20,000 bases of DNA from an uncultured virus (IMG/VR IMGVR_UViG_3300036398_005783) (IMGVR_UViG_3300036398_005783); one strand, 5' to 3'; positions 8,013-16,895 are shown, numbered from the stretch's first letter. Program-made: numbers and translations. The notes: generated by a model not told the origin, from the letters alone.

Positions 8013-9233
8013 TTATTGGATAACCATCCAATTTACACCATTATACCACAATGTTCTTGATTGACCTGCAAAAATAACAACATCAAGCATAGTATCAATA
8101 TTCCAAGTGATTCCACGCAATGTTACAACATTTGCAGTTGATCCATTATGCACAGTTACCATCTGACCTAAAATAGGGTTAGTAATTGCAGTCATATTGT
8201 AATCAACAGCCACACGACTTACAATATATCTTTCTGTATTTGCAAGTGAAAGTGGTGCTTGTGTATACAATGATACAGATGTTGTAAAGTGATGTGGATT
8301 TACTGCCCAACGCAAACCAGTTGCACTAGCCATAGCGTATGAACCAATAGGAGCAGTTGAACCACCATCTAAAGCAGGAAGTTTGACAGAATTGTTTTTG
8401 AAATGGCTTGAAACCAAAACAGAATCAATGATATTATTAGCAATACCAGATGTAGCAGAATGTCCAGAATTTACGCTATAAAGAGCAGTATCTGCATAAA
8501 CAGAATGATTACTATTCACAGCATATAAAGAACTATCAGAAGTTGCTGAGTGATTAGCTTCAATTGAATAAAATGCACTATCAGCAATTTCAGCATGAGC
8601 TGAATTTGAGGAGTAACCAGATAGGCGAGAATAAATAGACTCAAGTGCAATTGTTGAAGAATCTGCCCAATGACTTGATGCAGATCTACCTGCTCTTTTA
8701 GCAGAATCCGCTAATGTTGAATTAACAGAATGAAATGCATTATTAGATGAATCTGAAATAGCGGATCTTCCTGAATTAATTGCAAACAAAGAAGTATCGG
8801 ACTTTACCGCATGTCTTGCTTCATTGGCTCTTACTGCATTTAGAGCATTTCTTGATGAATCTGAATTTGTTGAGAATTGAGAATGAAGTGCATATGGTAC
8901 TCTATGCAAAGGGAGTTTACCAATTTTTACTCCATTTACATAAGCATATACAAAAATATTTGAACTATTGTTCAAAAATACTGAATTAGGAATATCCTCT
9001 AAAAGAACATTAATAATTCCTTCAAATACCTCAACTTTTTTATTCTCAACAAACCAAAAAGCAGAAGTATTCAAATGTGAATCTTCATTAAAAGAATTAT
9101 CTGCAATATATGCAGAAAAAGAAATTTCACCAGAAATACCTGGTGGAACATGTGCTTGATATTGCAAGTCTGTTGTTTGTGCAGTAAGACTAACTGCAAA
9201 CATAGCGAAAAAAGCTACGAAAAGAGATTTCAT
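8013..9233 (-). CDS. Secreted fibre/adhesin-like protein of FCB type with (A/S)xx repeats
   Basis: Signal peptide; LQYQA...V.VFEGIINVLL...LHRVPYALHS N-domain; long 3-residue-periodic Ala/Ser stalk; SD GAGGA. Confidence 0.7.
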   Translation of the reverse strand: MKSLFVAFFAMFAVSLTAQTTDLQYQAHVPPGISGEISFSAYIADNSFNEDSHLNTSAFWFVENKKVEVFEGIINVLLEDIPNSVFLNNSSNIFVYAYVNGVKIGKLPLHRVPYALHSQFSTNSDSSRNALNAVRANEARHAVKSDTSLFAINSGRSAISDSSNNAFHSVNSTLADSAKRAGRSASSHWADSSTIALESIYSRLSGYSSNSAHAEIADSAFYSIEANHSATSDSSLYAVNSNHSVYADTALYSVNSGHSATSGIANNIIDSVLVSSHFKNNSVKLPALDGGSTAPIGSYAMASATGLRWAVNPHHFTTSVSLYTQAPLSLANTERYIVSRVAVDYNMTAITNPILGQMVTVHNGSTANVVTLRGITWNIDTMLDVVIFAGQSRTLWYNGVNWMVIQ

Positions 9234-9248
9234 GATTTCCTCTTAAAG

Positions 9249-9674
9249 TTATTGAAATAAAATTTGTGTACTAATTGATTTATTATCTTGTGTAATCATT
9301 CTAACATAGTACACGCCACGATTTTGCAATGTGATTGTTTTAGAATGAAGATTTACAGCATCCATATAAATTTTTCCATACAAATCACTAATAATAATTT
9401 GCTTAATATTATCTAGTGAAAAATACGCAATTCCATTACATGGATTAGGGTAAATAATATCAGTAAGTGCAATGTTTTCATCGGCTTGGACTGAAGTAGT
9501 CAAACGCCTTGGAGTTCTTATACCTACATGAAATGAATTTTTGTGACCTGCGATAACTTGACCAACTGTGGCTCTGTTACTCCCCCCAGTCACAACCTTT
9601 TTCAAAAGAAAGGGGGAGTAATCTTTTGCAGTCAAACCTGATATGCAAAAGAAAAGTGTTAGGATGAATCTCAT
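9249..9674 (-). CDS. Secreted protein with T9SS type-A C-terminal sorting domain
   Basis: Signal peptide; ATVGQ; IIYPNP...IIISDLYGK...RGVYYVRM CTD signature; SD AGGAGG. Confidence 0.85.
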   Translation of the reverse strand: MRFILTLFFCISGLTAKDYSPFLLKKVVTGGSNRATVGQVIAGHKNSFHVGIRTPRRLTTSVQADENIALTDIIYPNPCNGIAYFSLDNIKQIIISDLYGKIYMDAVNLHSKTITLQNRGVYYVRMITQDNKSISTQILFQ

Positions 9675-9766
9675 TCAACCCTCCTATTGTTAAAAAAATA
9701 ATTTCATAGTATTTAGAAATTGTAAGTAAATAGTTCAAAAACCAATTATTGATATTCATAGAACTT

Positions 9767-9797
9767 CAAATATAAGAAATAAATAAATACGATACAA
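9767..9797 (-). promoter_or_regulatory. Class I FCB-type promoter
   Basis: TTGT-N19-TATATTTG. Confidence 0.7.
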
Positions 9798-9812
9798 TAT
9801 TATTTCAAAATG

Positions 9813-9821
9813 AATATATAG
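9813..9821 (+). promoter_or_regulatory. Class II promoter variant AATATATAG
   Basis: About 20 nt upstream of ATG 9841. Confidence 0.6.
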
Positions 9822-9840
9822 AGTAAAAGTCACATATTAT

Positions 9841-11052
9841 ATGAAAACTTCATTTAGCGATTTCGTAAAATACATTAAAGAATCAGCATCATCCGATTTT
9901 GAATTAAATGAAGCTATTGTTATAAAAAGAGATTTCCTAAAAGAACTTGGTGAAATAGCAACTCCTTTATTCACAGATTTAGCAGAAAACATAGATGAAG
10001 ATACTACATTTGAAGATTTATATTTCTTATTAAATTCAAAGGAAATACTGAATAGTGGCTTTTTTGAAATATTTGGATTGGTTTCAGATTTATCATCAAC
10101 TACACCCATATTAAAAAAAATGGTTGATATTGAAAATTCATTAAAAAACCATATCAATAATTATATTATTAAAGAGTATTTAAACGAAAGTAATTTGACT
10201 GAAGAAGAAAAATCTAAAGTATTATTGTCAAAATTTATAATTAAACCCGATACATCATGGCATTCCGAAGATTTTGACACTATGTTATACCTTCATCAAA
10301 AAAGTAATTCAACAGCATTTAGAGGCGGTAAAGATTCTCTAATAAACAAGATTATAGAACAAGATGAAAAAGTAAAGGAAAAATTAGAAGAAGAATTTAA
10401 TAGGTTTAGTGAGTTTATAGATATTTCTTCTGGTGCTGGTTTTGGTCAAAGAACAAAAAAGAATGAGCATTCAGATGATAATAAAAATCCAAATATAAAT
10501 GACTTATTTTTTGAATTTGTTATAAAATTTGATTTTAGTCTTATACTATTCTATACTTTTGTGATTTTAAGTAAATATGGATTCTTGAAAAAATCTGTAG
10601 ATGAGATGATACCGCAATTTATTCAAAAAAGATTCGTACCTTTCATTTCACATGAAATAACTCATTACATACAAAAATTGAAAACTATATTTTCTACAAA
10701 GAAACTTATTAATATAGGTAAATATAAAAATCCTGAAGATATTAATACTGAAGAAGAATTTTCTTCTTGGGTTGTTGATTATTTATCAGAGCCAATAGAA
10801 ATTGGAGCACATGCTTCTGAATTTGTAGAAACTATTTTAGCAAATTATCCTGATAAGACATATAAAGAAATTCTTAATATGCTTAAATATAATGAAATTC
10901 CAATGGAAACTTCTCACGCACTTAAAAAATATTTGAGTCAATTTAGAGAACTGACCAAAGATAGTAAAGTTAGTCGTGAGTATATTGTTAACAGATTCAA
11001 AAAGACTGTATTTAAGATTTTACAAGAATATGAAGAACAAGAAAGAAATTAA
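9841..11052 (+). CDS. HEXXH zincin-like metalloprotein with CTS-like leader
   Basis: ISHEITHYIQ plus YLSEPIEIGAHASE (candidate third ligand Glu); leader MKTSFSDFVKYIKES. Confidence 0.7.
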   Translation: MKTSFSDFVKYIKESASSDFELNEAIVIKRDFLKELGEIATPLFTDLAENIDEDTTFEDLYFLLNSKEILNSGFFEIFGLVSDLSSTTPILKKMVDIENSLKNHINNYIIKEYLNESNLTEEEKSKVLLSKFIIKPDTSWHSEDFDTMLYLHQKSNSTAFRGGKDSLINKIIEQDEKVKEKLEEEFNRFSEFIDISSGAGFGQRTKKNEHSDDNKNPNINDLFFEFVIKFDFSLILFYTFVILSKYGFLKKSVDEMIPQFIQKRFVPFISHEITHYIQKLKTIFSTKKLINIGKYKNPEDINTEEEFSSWVVDYLSEPIEIGAHASEFVETILANYPDKTYKEILNMLKYNEIPMETSHALKKYLSQFRELTKDSKVSREYIVNRFKKTVFKILQEYEEQERN

Positions 11053-11252
11053 GATTTCTTGTTTATCTTAATGTTTGCAGGATCATAGATTATTTCTGAA
11101 TAAATCATTTCTCCATCAGAACTATCCTTCATAAATTCTTCATAACGAGTTTTGATGGTGGAAATATCCATAGAATTAGTGATTTGAATTTTACGAGTTT
11201 CATTTGATGGATTATTAGAAATTGTTGAACCATCATCATTAGTGCTTTGCAT
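11049..11252 (-). CDS. Small hypothetical protein
   Basis: 67-aa ORF with SD AAGGA and class I promoter. Confidence 0.65.
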   Translation of the reverse strand: MQSTNDDGSTISNNPSNETRKIQITNSMDISTIKTRYEEFMKDSSDGEMIYSEIIYDPANIKINKKS

Positions 11253-11279
11253 AAGTATTTCCTTATATTATTTTTACTA

Positions 11280-11310
11280 CAAAGATAATAAAGTTTTATC
11301 AAAAAAACAA
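11280..11310 (-). promoter_or_regulatory. Class I FCB-type promoter
   Basis: TTGT-N19-TATCTTTG. Confidence 0.8.
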
Positions 11311-11356
11311 GAAAATCATAAATTTATATATCAAATTTAACTTCATTAAGGTAGCA

Positions 11357-11364
11357 GATATATA
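11357..11364 (+). promoter_or_regulatory. Class II promoter GATATATA
   Basis: About 26 nt upstream of ATG 11390. Confidence 0.6.
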
Positions 11365-11389
11365 ATCTATATTCAAAAGATTTTTATTT

Positions 11390-11788
11390 ATGGATTTGAC
11401 CACTAAAAAATTTACAATCACATTACCCACTCTTATAGGGATTCTGTCTGCGATTTCAACTATAATAGCTGGATATTGGTATTTCAAGAATACCATAGAA
11501 ACTACAAAATCAAGTGTAGTTTCAGCAAACGAAAATTACAAAGAGCTAAAATCAGAAATTCAAATTTTAAGAGAGCAGTTATACGAAGTTGCAATAATGT
11601 ATAATAAAAATGTTCATATAGAAAATGAATTACACAACGATAGAAAATACAAAAGGCGAAATGTTACAAATTTCTATGATGAAGATATTAGAACATCTGT
11701 AAAACCATTACAATTTAATGGATTACGCAGAGATACTATTGATATTAATAAGATGAAAATTAAAAATACTATACAGCGAAAAAAATAA
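11390..11788 (+). CDS. Single-TM, coiled-coil membrane protein
   Basis: LPTLIGILSAISTIIAGYWYF TM followed by a heptad-like segment and basic tail. Confidence 0.7.
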   Translation: MDLTTKKFTITLPTLIGILSAISTIIAGYWYFKNTIETTKSSVVSANENYKELKSEIQILREQLYEVAIMYNKNVHIENELHNDRKYKRRNVTNFYDEDIRTSVKPLQFNGLRRDTIDINKMKIKNTIQRKK

Positions 11789-11800
11789 TTTAAAATAAAT

Positions 11801-11831
11801 TTGCATAGTATATCATTTATTTTTATTTTTG
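11801..11831 (+). promoter_or_regulatory. Class I FCB-type promoter with no downstream CDS
   Basis: TTGC-N19-TATTTTTG. Confidence 0.7.
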
Positions 11832-11833
11832 TG

Positions 11834-11955
11834 CAGTTACATCATCTATAATCGGCAAGTTATTGATGTAATTGACTTCAAGAATATCATGCTAAAAACT
11901 CCAATTTCTCTATGAAGTCAAAAAACCAAAGTTCTTGTAACTTTGGTTTTTTTTT
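11834..11955 (+). ncRNA. Candidate structured small RNA (~120 nt)
   Basis: Stems CAGTTACATCA/TGATGTAATTG (11834-11874) and TTGACTTCA/TGAAGTCAA (11872-11921), then terminator; no credible ORF. Confidence 0.6.
11920..11955. terminator. Bidirectional intrinsic terminator
   Basis: AAAAAACCAAAGTT-cttgt-AACTTTGGTTTTTTTTT. Confidence 0.85.
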
Positions 11956-11986
11956 GCTCATTCAGATAAATAGAATTATATCAACA

Positions 11987-12094
11987 TTATCGTTGTATTT
12001 TATGTATCATATGGGCAAATGATACAATAGTGATAATGGTTAATATAACCAAAGGGTGCATTAGTGCTCTCACATATTTGTTATGAACTTTCAT
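11987..12094 (-). CDS. 35-aa single-TM peptide (type I toxin-like)
   Basis: Not in ORF track: MKVHNKYVRALMHPLVILTIITIVSFAHMIHKIQR; SD GAGGAAGG and class I promoter. Confidence 0.7.
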   Translation of the reverse strand: MKVHNKYVRALMHPLVILTIITIVSFAHMIHKIQR

Positions 12095-12126
12095 AACCTT
12101 CCTCTATAATTAGAAATTCAGTTTTA

Positions 12127-12157
12127 CAAAGATAATACTTTTTATTATCTTTTACAA
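12127..12157 (-). promoter_or_regulatory. Class I FCB-type promoter
   Basis: TTGT-N19-TATCTTTG. Confidence 0.8.
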
Positions 12158-12176
12158 ATTTATTTTATGATGATTT

Positions 12177-12184
12177 GATATATA
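12177..12184 (+). promoter_or_regulatory. Class II promoter GATATATA
   Basis: About 30 nt upstream of ATG 12214. Confidence 0.6.
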
Positions 12185-12213
12185 TTGCTATATCTATTAA
12201 TCAAAGTAATTAT

Positions 12214-12561
12214 ATGAATTTTGAATCAATAAGAACATATCAAGGGTTTTTACAAAAACTAAACGAATCTAAACCATCTGAATTTCAAATTATACAAATT
12301 GAATCATTGGATGATATGTTCGAATATGGAACAACTCGTTGGCTTCCATGTAGAAAATTCGGTGAGGATTATTTTTATCAGATGAATAGTATTGGTAAGT
12401 TTTTTATTGTTTTAGATATAGAATCTAAACCTAAATTTTTAATACATCCATCAACCGAATTAATGATTGATTTTGATAATCATACTTATCAATTTTCTGA
12501 CTACTATAATATGTTATCTAAATTTCCTGAAATTGATAAACGAATCAATTCTACCATTTAA
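12214..12561 (+). CDS. Hypothetical protein with CTS-like leader and degenerate G-x-T-(K/R)-W-C motif; start corrected from 12175
   Basis: MNFESIRTYQGFLQKLNES; EYGTTRWLPC resembles LWGDDTKWCT of 15309-16640; the TTG start at 12175 overlaps the promoter. Confidence 0.7.
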   Translation: MNFESIRTYQGFLQKLNESKPSEFQIIQIESLDDMFEYGTTRWLPCRKFGEDYFYQMNSIGKFFIVLDIESKPKFLIHPSTELMIDFDNHTYQFSDYYNMLSKFPEIDKRINSTI

Positions 12562-12684
12562 TTATCACGATAATATCGTATTATTTCAATTTCTACATTA
12601 TAAAAATCATTTAGCCCATGAGCTAATATCATAGTTTGATATAAATCATTAAAACTCATATTCTCTTGTTTTGTTTTATAGATT

Positions 12685-12692
12685 GATATATA
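12685..12692 (+). promoter_or_regulatory. Class II promoter GATATATA
   Basis: About 23 nt upstream of ATG 12715. Confidence 0.65.
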
Positions 12693-12714
12693 CTATAAAT
12701 TTAATACAGAAATA

Positions 12715-14211
12715 ATGAAATACTTATCTTCATTTAAGAATTGGCAAGATGATTCTAAATCCAAAAGACTTTTCAAATTAGATGAAAGCAATTTAACTTC
12801 ATCTTTGACGAAAAATGAATTTATATCTCTTTCATTCCCAAACTTGTACGAATCTGCGTATGACTATAAGCAAGAAATAATGTATGCCTTGTATGAAGCA
12901 TATTTGATGAAAATTCATAGAAAGACTTGGTTTTCAAATCCGATTGAATCCAAACCAATTTTAATTGAAAGTGATAGTCATGTAATAATAATGCATAATA
13001 ATCAAGCATTTGCAATTACAAATGAATCATTTGAGATATTAAATTCTTTTGAATTAAATGAGAATATATTTACTGATGCTTGGGATTCAGTTTCTAATTT
13101 TTTCACTAATGCTTGGGATGGAGTAAAATCTGTTGGGAATACAGTTGGAGATTGGGTTAAAGATTTGAGCGATGGTGCTAAACAAGCAACAGGTTTCATA
13201 AAATTATCTTATTTGGCAACAAAAGCCCTACAATCAGATGATTGGAAAGAAGTAACAAAAACTATTTCAAATATTTCATATACACTTGCAAGTACTTATG
13301 CAAAAAGCATGAATCTGGATCAAACTAAATTGGCTGCTACTATTTCTGGATGTTCAGGAATTTTGAATTTATCTGAAGGTCGTAATATTTTTATGAATTC
13401 TTGGGGTGAGGTTCTTACAAATAAACCAGCAACCGAAGAACTATTTGGAAATGTTTTAGTAAAAATAGCACCAGAAACATTTCTCGGAACAACAAAAATG
13501 TGTATAGGTGTTAAAGATTTAGCCCTTTCGATTAATCCTCAAATAAAATTTGAATCAATTACCAATAATGAAGAATTCATTTCTAATAATAATGTGGATA
13601 AAATAAAAGATGCAGGTGCAATTTTAGCAAAAGAAGAGAAGGGCATAGGACTAAGTAAGAGTATCGTAGGTCTTACTCCAAATCAATATTCACAAGCATC
13701 AATAGATTCATATTGGAAGCCATTGTTATTCTGTGAAATATCTCATTGTTTAGAAAATGTTTATCCAACTCAAAAGAAAGAAATATTAGATGCTTTAAAA
13801 CAAGCTAAAACTCTTTTACCGAAGGCGAATGAGTTACCAAAAATTGTTGAAAATATCATTCAAACTGCTGAAAAAACTCAATACACAGGAACCGCAGGTG
13901 TCATAAAATCTGCAATTCAATCTATGGGGCAACCAATGATACAAGCGATAAAGAATTTTACTACAAATGTTTTACCTGAACTTGTTAAAACTGGAGAGTG
14001 GATGGTTGAGGTTGTAGGAGAATACGATAAAGCAACGACTTTAGTAAATACCAACTGCAAACCAAGTAAGCAAAATTTGACTTTAGCGACTTTACCTCCA
14101 TTAAAAGTTGAGCAACAAGATTCTAAAATAACTCAAGAAGAAATTAATATAATTCAAAACAAACTACCCGATATAGCAAAGAGTTCAGGAGTAGAATTAC
14201 CAAAAACATAA
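12715..14211 (+). CDS. Large helical protein with CTS-like leader and amphipathic Trp repeats
   Basis: MKYLSSFKNW; FTDAWDSVSNF-FTNAWDGVKSV-GNTVGDWVKDL 11-residue repeats. Confidence 0.8.
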   Translation: MKYLSSFKNWQDDSKSKRLFKLDESNLTSSLTKNEFISLSFPNLYESAYDYKQEIMYALYEAYLMKIHRKTWFSNPIESKPILIESDSHVIIMHNNQAFAITNESFEILNSFELNENIFTDAWDSVSNFFTNAWDGVKSVGNTVGDWVKDLSDGAKQATGFIKLSYLATKALQSDDWKEVTKTISNISYTLASTYAKSMNLDQTKLAATISGCSGILNLSEGRNIFMNSWGEVLTNKPATEELFGNVLVKIAPETFLGTTKMCIGVKDLALSINPQIKFESITNNEEFISNNNVDKIKDAGAILAKEEKGIGLSKSIVGLTPNQYSQASIDSYWKPLLFCEISHCLENVYPTQKKEILDALKQAKTLLPKANELPKIVENIIQTAEKTQYTGTAGVIKSAIQSMGQPMIQAIKNFTTNVLPELVKTGEWMVEVVGEYDKATTLVNTNCKPSKQNLTLATLPPLKVEQQDSKITQEEINIIQNKLPDIAKSSGVELPKT

Positions 14212-14213
14212 AA

Positions 14214-14235
14214 AAAGCCCTCAAATGAGGGCTTT
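14214..14235. terminator. Bidirectional intrinsic terminator
   Basis: AAAGCCCTCA-aa-TGAGGGCTTT between convergent genes. Confidence 0.85.
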
Positions 14236-14239
14236 AATT

Positions 14240-15202
14240 TTACCAAGCTAAAATTGTTGGAACTGCTCTATTTGTTGATATTAAAACTTGTCCATCTCTA
14301 ACAAAAAATGATGAACCTCCACCATCCATATTAATAGCGTCTTTCGCCCCTGCTCTTTGCATTTTTTCACCCATAGACTCTATATCAGATCTAGGTGAAA
14401 CCATAACAATTATATCATTATTAGATGTTATACCAACAGCAGTTCTTGGTCGTATTGCAGAATCTTTTGGAGATTGGTTAATATTTTGAGATACACCATC
14501 TTTTACAATAATATGACTACCAGAAAATGCTTCTTCTGGACTTATGAAATCGGTTGCTCTTTCAACAATATCAAGGTTGGGTTTAGTTACCATCATAGGC
14601 CAATACTTACCTAATGTATCTAATTTATCACCTAAATTTATTCCGTTTGAATAGAAATTACTAGTTGGTTTACCACTACTTTCAAAGAAAGTTAAATTTA
14701 CAAAATTCTTAAAACCCTGTTGCATCCATTCACTAATTGTAAGTCTTCTGAAATCAGATGAAAAAACTACTTTAACTATTGATGGATCGATAATCTCTAT
14801 TCTCTCTTCTCCACTATCAACATTCTTAGATAATTCTTTCTCAACACCAAGTTTTATATCAGTATTAGGTGATTGATTTATTGATGGTAAATTTTGAGGT
14901 TCTTTCTTTGTAATAGAAAGATTCATAGAATTTAATGTTTCAGGAGTTAATTCACCAAGTGATGTTAATCCTTTAGATTTCTGATATGTAATTATTGCTT
15001 GTTCAGTTTCTAAACCTAACATTCCATCAATAGCTGTTTTACCATTTGGTCTTTTACTATTCATAAAGTTATTATTAACTAAAAAACTTTGAACCTTCAT
15101 AATATCATCAAAAGAAAATCCTTTGTTATTATAGTTAGATGATTCGTATAATGAACTCCAAGATTCAAAAGATAAGACTCTATTTCTATTAGTATTTTTC
15201 AT
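14240..15202 (-). CDS. Peptidoglycan-binding domain + phosphodiester glycosidase (NAGPA/DUF2233-like)
   Basis: IDGMLGLETEQAIITYQKSKGL..GELTPETL (PG_binding_1); RPRTAVGIT and AINMDGGGSS motifs. Confidence 0.88.
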   Translation of the reverse strand: MKNTNRNRVLSFESWSSLYESSNYNNKGFSFDDIMKVQSFLVNNNFMNSKRPNGKTAIDGMLGLETEQAIITYQKSKGLTSLGELTPETLNSMNLSITKKEPQNLPSINQSPNTDIKLGVEKELSKNVDSGEERIEIIDPSIVKVVFSSDFRRLTISEWMQQGFKNFVNLTFFESSGKPTSNFYSNGINLGDKLDTLGKYWPMMVTKPNLDIVERATDFISPEEAFSGSHIIVKDGVSQNINQSPKDSAIRPRTAVGITSNNDIIVMVSPRSDIESMGEKMQRAGAKDAINMDGGGSSFFVRDGQVLISTNRAVPTILAW

Positions 15203-15308
15203 AATTTTTTATTTTTAATATATAGTATAAAATAACATTTCAACATTATGGATAATGATAAGTCTTCTAATTTAGAAACTAAAGAAGATTTGGATTTTTT
15301 TGAACATT

Positions 15309-16640
15309 TCAGCGATTCAATTTATTTCCAGACTTTTTAGATTCATTAAAAAGAGTAAGTTGGTCTGGGTGATAAAATGCTTTTTTATCACTCTCACCTT
15401 CTTCCCATTCTCCACTATCATTTATTATTTTACCACCGACTTTTACATATTTTCTTATATCATCAGCCGTCATTCTTATTTTTGAATTTTTGCTTAATGA
15501 AAGTTCAGTTCCTTTGTAATTAAAATCCCCTCCGATTTCTTTTGGAGCACCTTCAATGGATTTTAATTTAGGATTATCACTCAAATCACAATCTCTTCCT
15601 ATTATTTGAGGGCATCCTTGCAGATCTTCTATATCAGTATTATTAAAACTAAAATCATATTGTATTTCTTCTGGCAAACTACATTCTTTCATTGAATTGA
15701 CATCATTATTTCTTTCATTTGCAGAAATCCAATCTCCCCAAACTTTTTTAAACCAAGTATATTGTTCTGATGGATAATAAATATAAACATCTCCATCATA
15801 ATTTATAGATCCATCTTTATTAACTTCTACTTTTGAAATATCTAGTTCTAAATTAGTTACATCGTAATACCACATTGGTTTTTCCATTTCAACTGATTCA
15901 AATGTATCTTCATCAAGACCAGTTATTTTCTTTACTATTTTGAAATCAATTGAATTATCATCTTTATCAAAACATTCATATTGATCGCGATAATAGTTAG
16001 ATACCGCTACCGCCATTTTTGTTCTTTGTTTTACTTCTATATCATCTTCTTCAAGATATTCATTAGAGTTCAAAATTAAATCAACATTTTTTATCCAGAT
16101 ATAATAAAAGGAAATATCTCTTTCTAAAGTATAAGAATACCAAAAACTAGGATTTGTGCTAGTAGTACACCATTTAGTATCATCTCCCCACAATTTACTT
16201 GCTTCATGGTCAAAAGGAATAACGATAAGCATATCATCGTTATTAACTATTATATCAAAATCCCCATTGGTTAATTCTTTAGTTTCTCTTTCAATTTCTT
16301 CTTTTTTTGCTTCTTTAACAGCAGATTTTAAATCTTCTAATGTTCTATATGAAGTTATATCAGATTTTTTTATCTTATTTCTTTCAAGAAGATTATGAAA
16401 TTCAACAAAAACCTTTCCTATTCTTTGTAATTCTGTTTCAGTTTTATCTTCACCCCTTAAATAGAATTCAATTATCTTTTCAATATATTTTCCATTAGAA
16501 CTTTTATCAAATTCCAATGCATCTTCAAATTCTTCTTCAGTTATTCTTTTCTTATCCAAAAATCTTTTTTTAGCATTATTTATGGATTCATTAATACCTA
16601 TTGATTGGCTTTCTTCCCATTGTTTAAATGAATGTATCAT
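15309..16640 (-). CDS. Multidomain phage protein: CTS-like leader, G-x-x-TKWC domain, C-terminal LRR-like repeats
   Basis: MIHSFKQWEES..INES; HEASKLWGDDTKWCTT; DLQGCPQIIGRDCDLSDN, SIEGAPKEIGGDF. Confidence 0.75.
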   Translation of the reverse strand: MIHSFKQWEESQSIGINESINNAKKRFLDKKRITEEEFEDALEFDKSSNGKYIEKIIEFYLRGEDKTETELQRIGKVFVEFHNLLERNKIKKSDITSYRTLEDLKSAVKEAKKEEIERETKELTNGDFDIIVNNDDMLIVIPFDHEASKLWGDDTKWCTTSTNPSFWYSYTLERDISFYYIWIKNVDLILNSNEYLEEDDIEVKQRTKMAVAVSNYYRDQYECFDKDDNSIDFKIVKKITGLDEDTFESVEMEKPMWYYDVTNLELDISKVEVNKDGSINYDGDVYIYYPSEQYTWFKKVWGDWISANERNNDVNSMKECSLPEEIQYDFSFNNTDIEDLQGCPQIIGRDCDLSDNPKLKSIEGAPKEIGGDFNYKGTELSLSKNSKIRMTADDIRKYVKVGGKIINDSGEWEEGESDKKAFYHPDQLTLFNESKKSGNKLNR

Positions 16641-16664
16641 AAGACTATTTATATTAAGTAATTC

Positions 16665-16672
16665 TATATATC
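16665..16672 (-). promoter_or_regulatory. Class II promoter GATATATA
   Basis: About 25 nt upstream of ATG 16640. Confidence 0.65.
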
Positions 16673-16735
16673 CTACATTATCTTAATTGTTTTCTTCATT
16701 TTTTTATTACTTTAGGAATATATAAAGTAAAAACT

Positions 16736-16873
16736 ATGAAAAGATCAAGTAATGCTTCACAAAAGAAAGAATCTAAACCAAAGAAAACAAGACAGGGTAA
16801 AAGCATAAACACCAAATTATCTGCTACCCCATCTAGTCCAAAGCGTAAAGCATATAAAGGACAAGGAAAATAA
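16736..16873 (+). CDS. 45-aa very basic peptide of the T4-like phage KKTRQG...Y(R/K)GQG family
   Basis: Not in ORF track: MKRSSNASQKKESKPKKTRQGKSINTKLSATPSSPKRKAYKGQGK; AATATATA box at 16717-16724 and terminator right after. Confidence 0.8.
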   Translation: MKRSSNASQKKESKPKKTRQGKSINTKLSATPSSPKRKAYKGQGK

Positions 16874-16874
16874 A

Positions 16875-16894
16875 AAAGCCCCAATCGGGGCTTT
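16875..16894. terminator. Bidirectional intrinsic terminator
   Basis: AAAGCCCC-aatc-GGGGCTTT. Confidence 0.8.
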
Positions 16895-16895
16895 A

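Noticed and set aside
11390..11788. Holin or i-spanin assignment
   Set aside because: TM plus coiled coil and a late box fit, but no adjacent endolysin or o-spanin lipoprotein is visible.
11889..11915. 8-codon ORF inside the candidate sRNA
   Set aside because: Too short, no SD, and lies inside a stem-loop.
12558..12659. 33-aa minus-strand ORF MSFNDLYQTMILAHGLNDFYNVEIEIIRYYRDN
   Set aside because: Fills a gap but has no oriented promoter of either class, no clear SD and no recognisable motif; possible but unsupported.
15248..15340. 30-aa plus-strand ORF after AATATATAG (15217-15225)
   Set aside because: Overlaps the 3' end of 15309-16640 and has no terminator; the box may serve the divergent gene instead.
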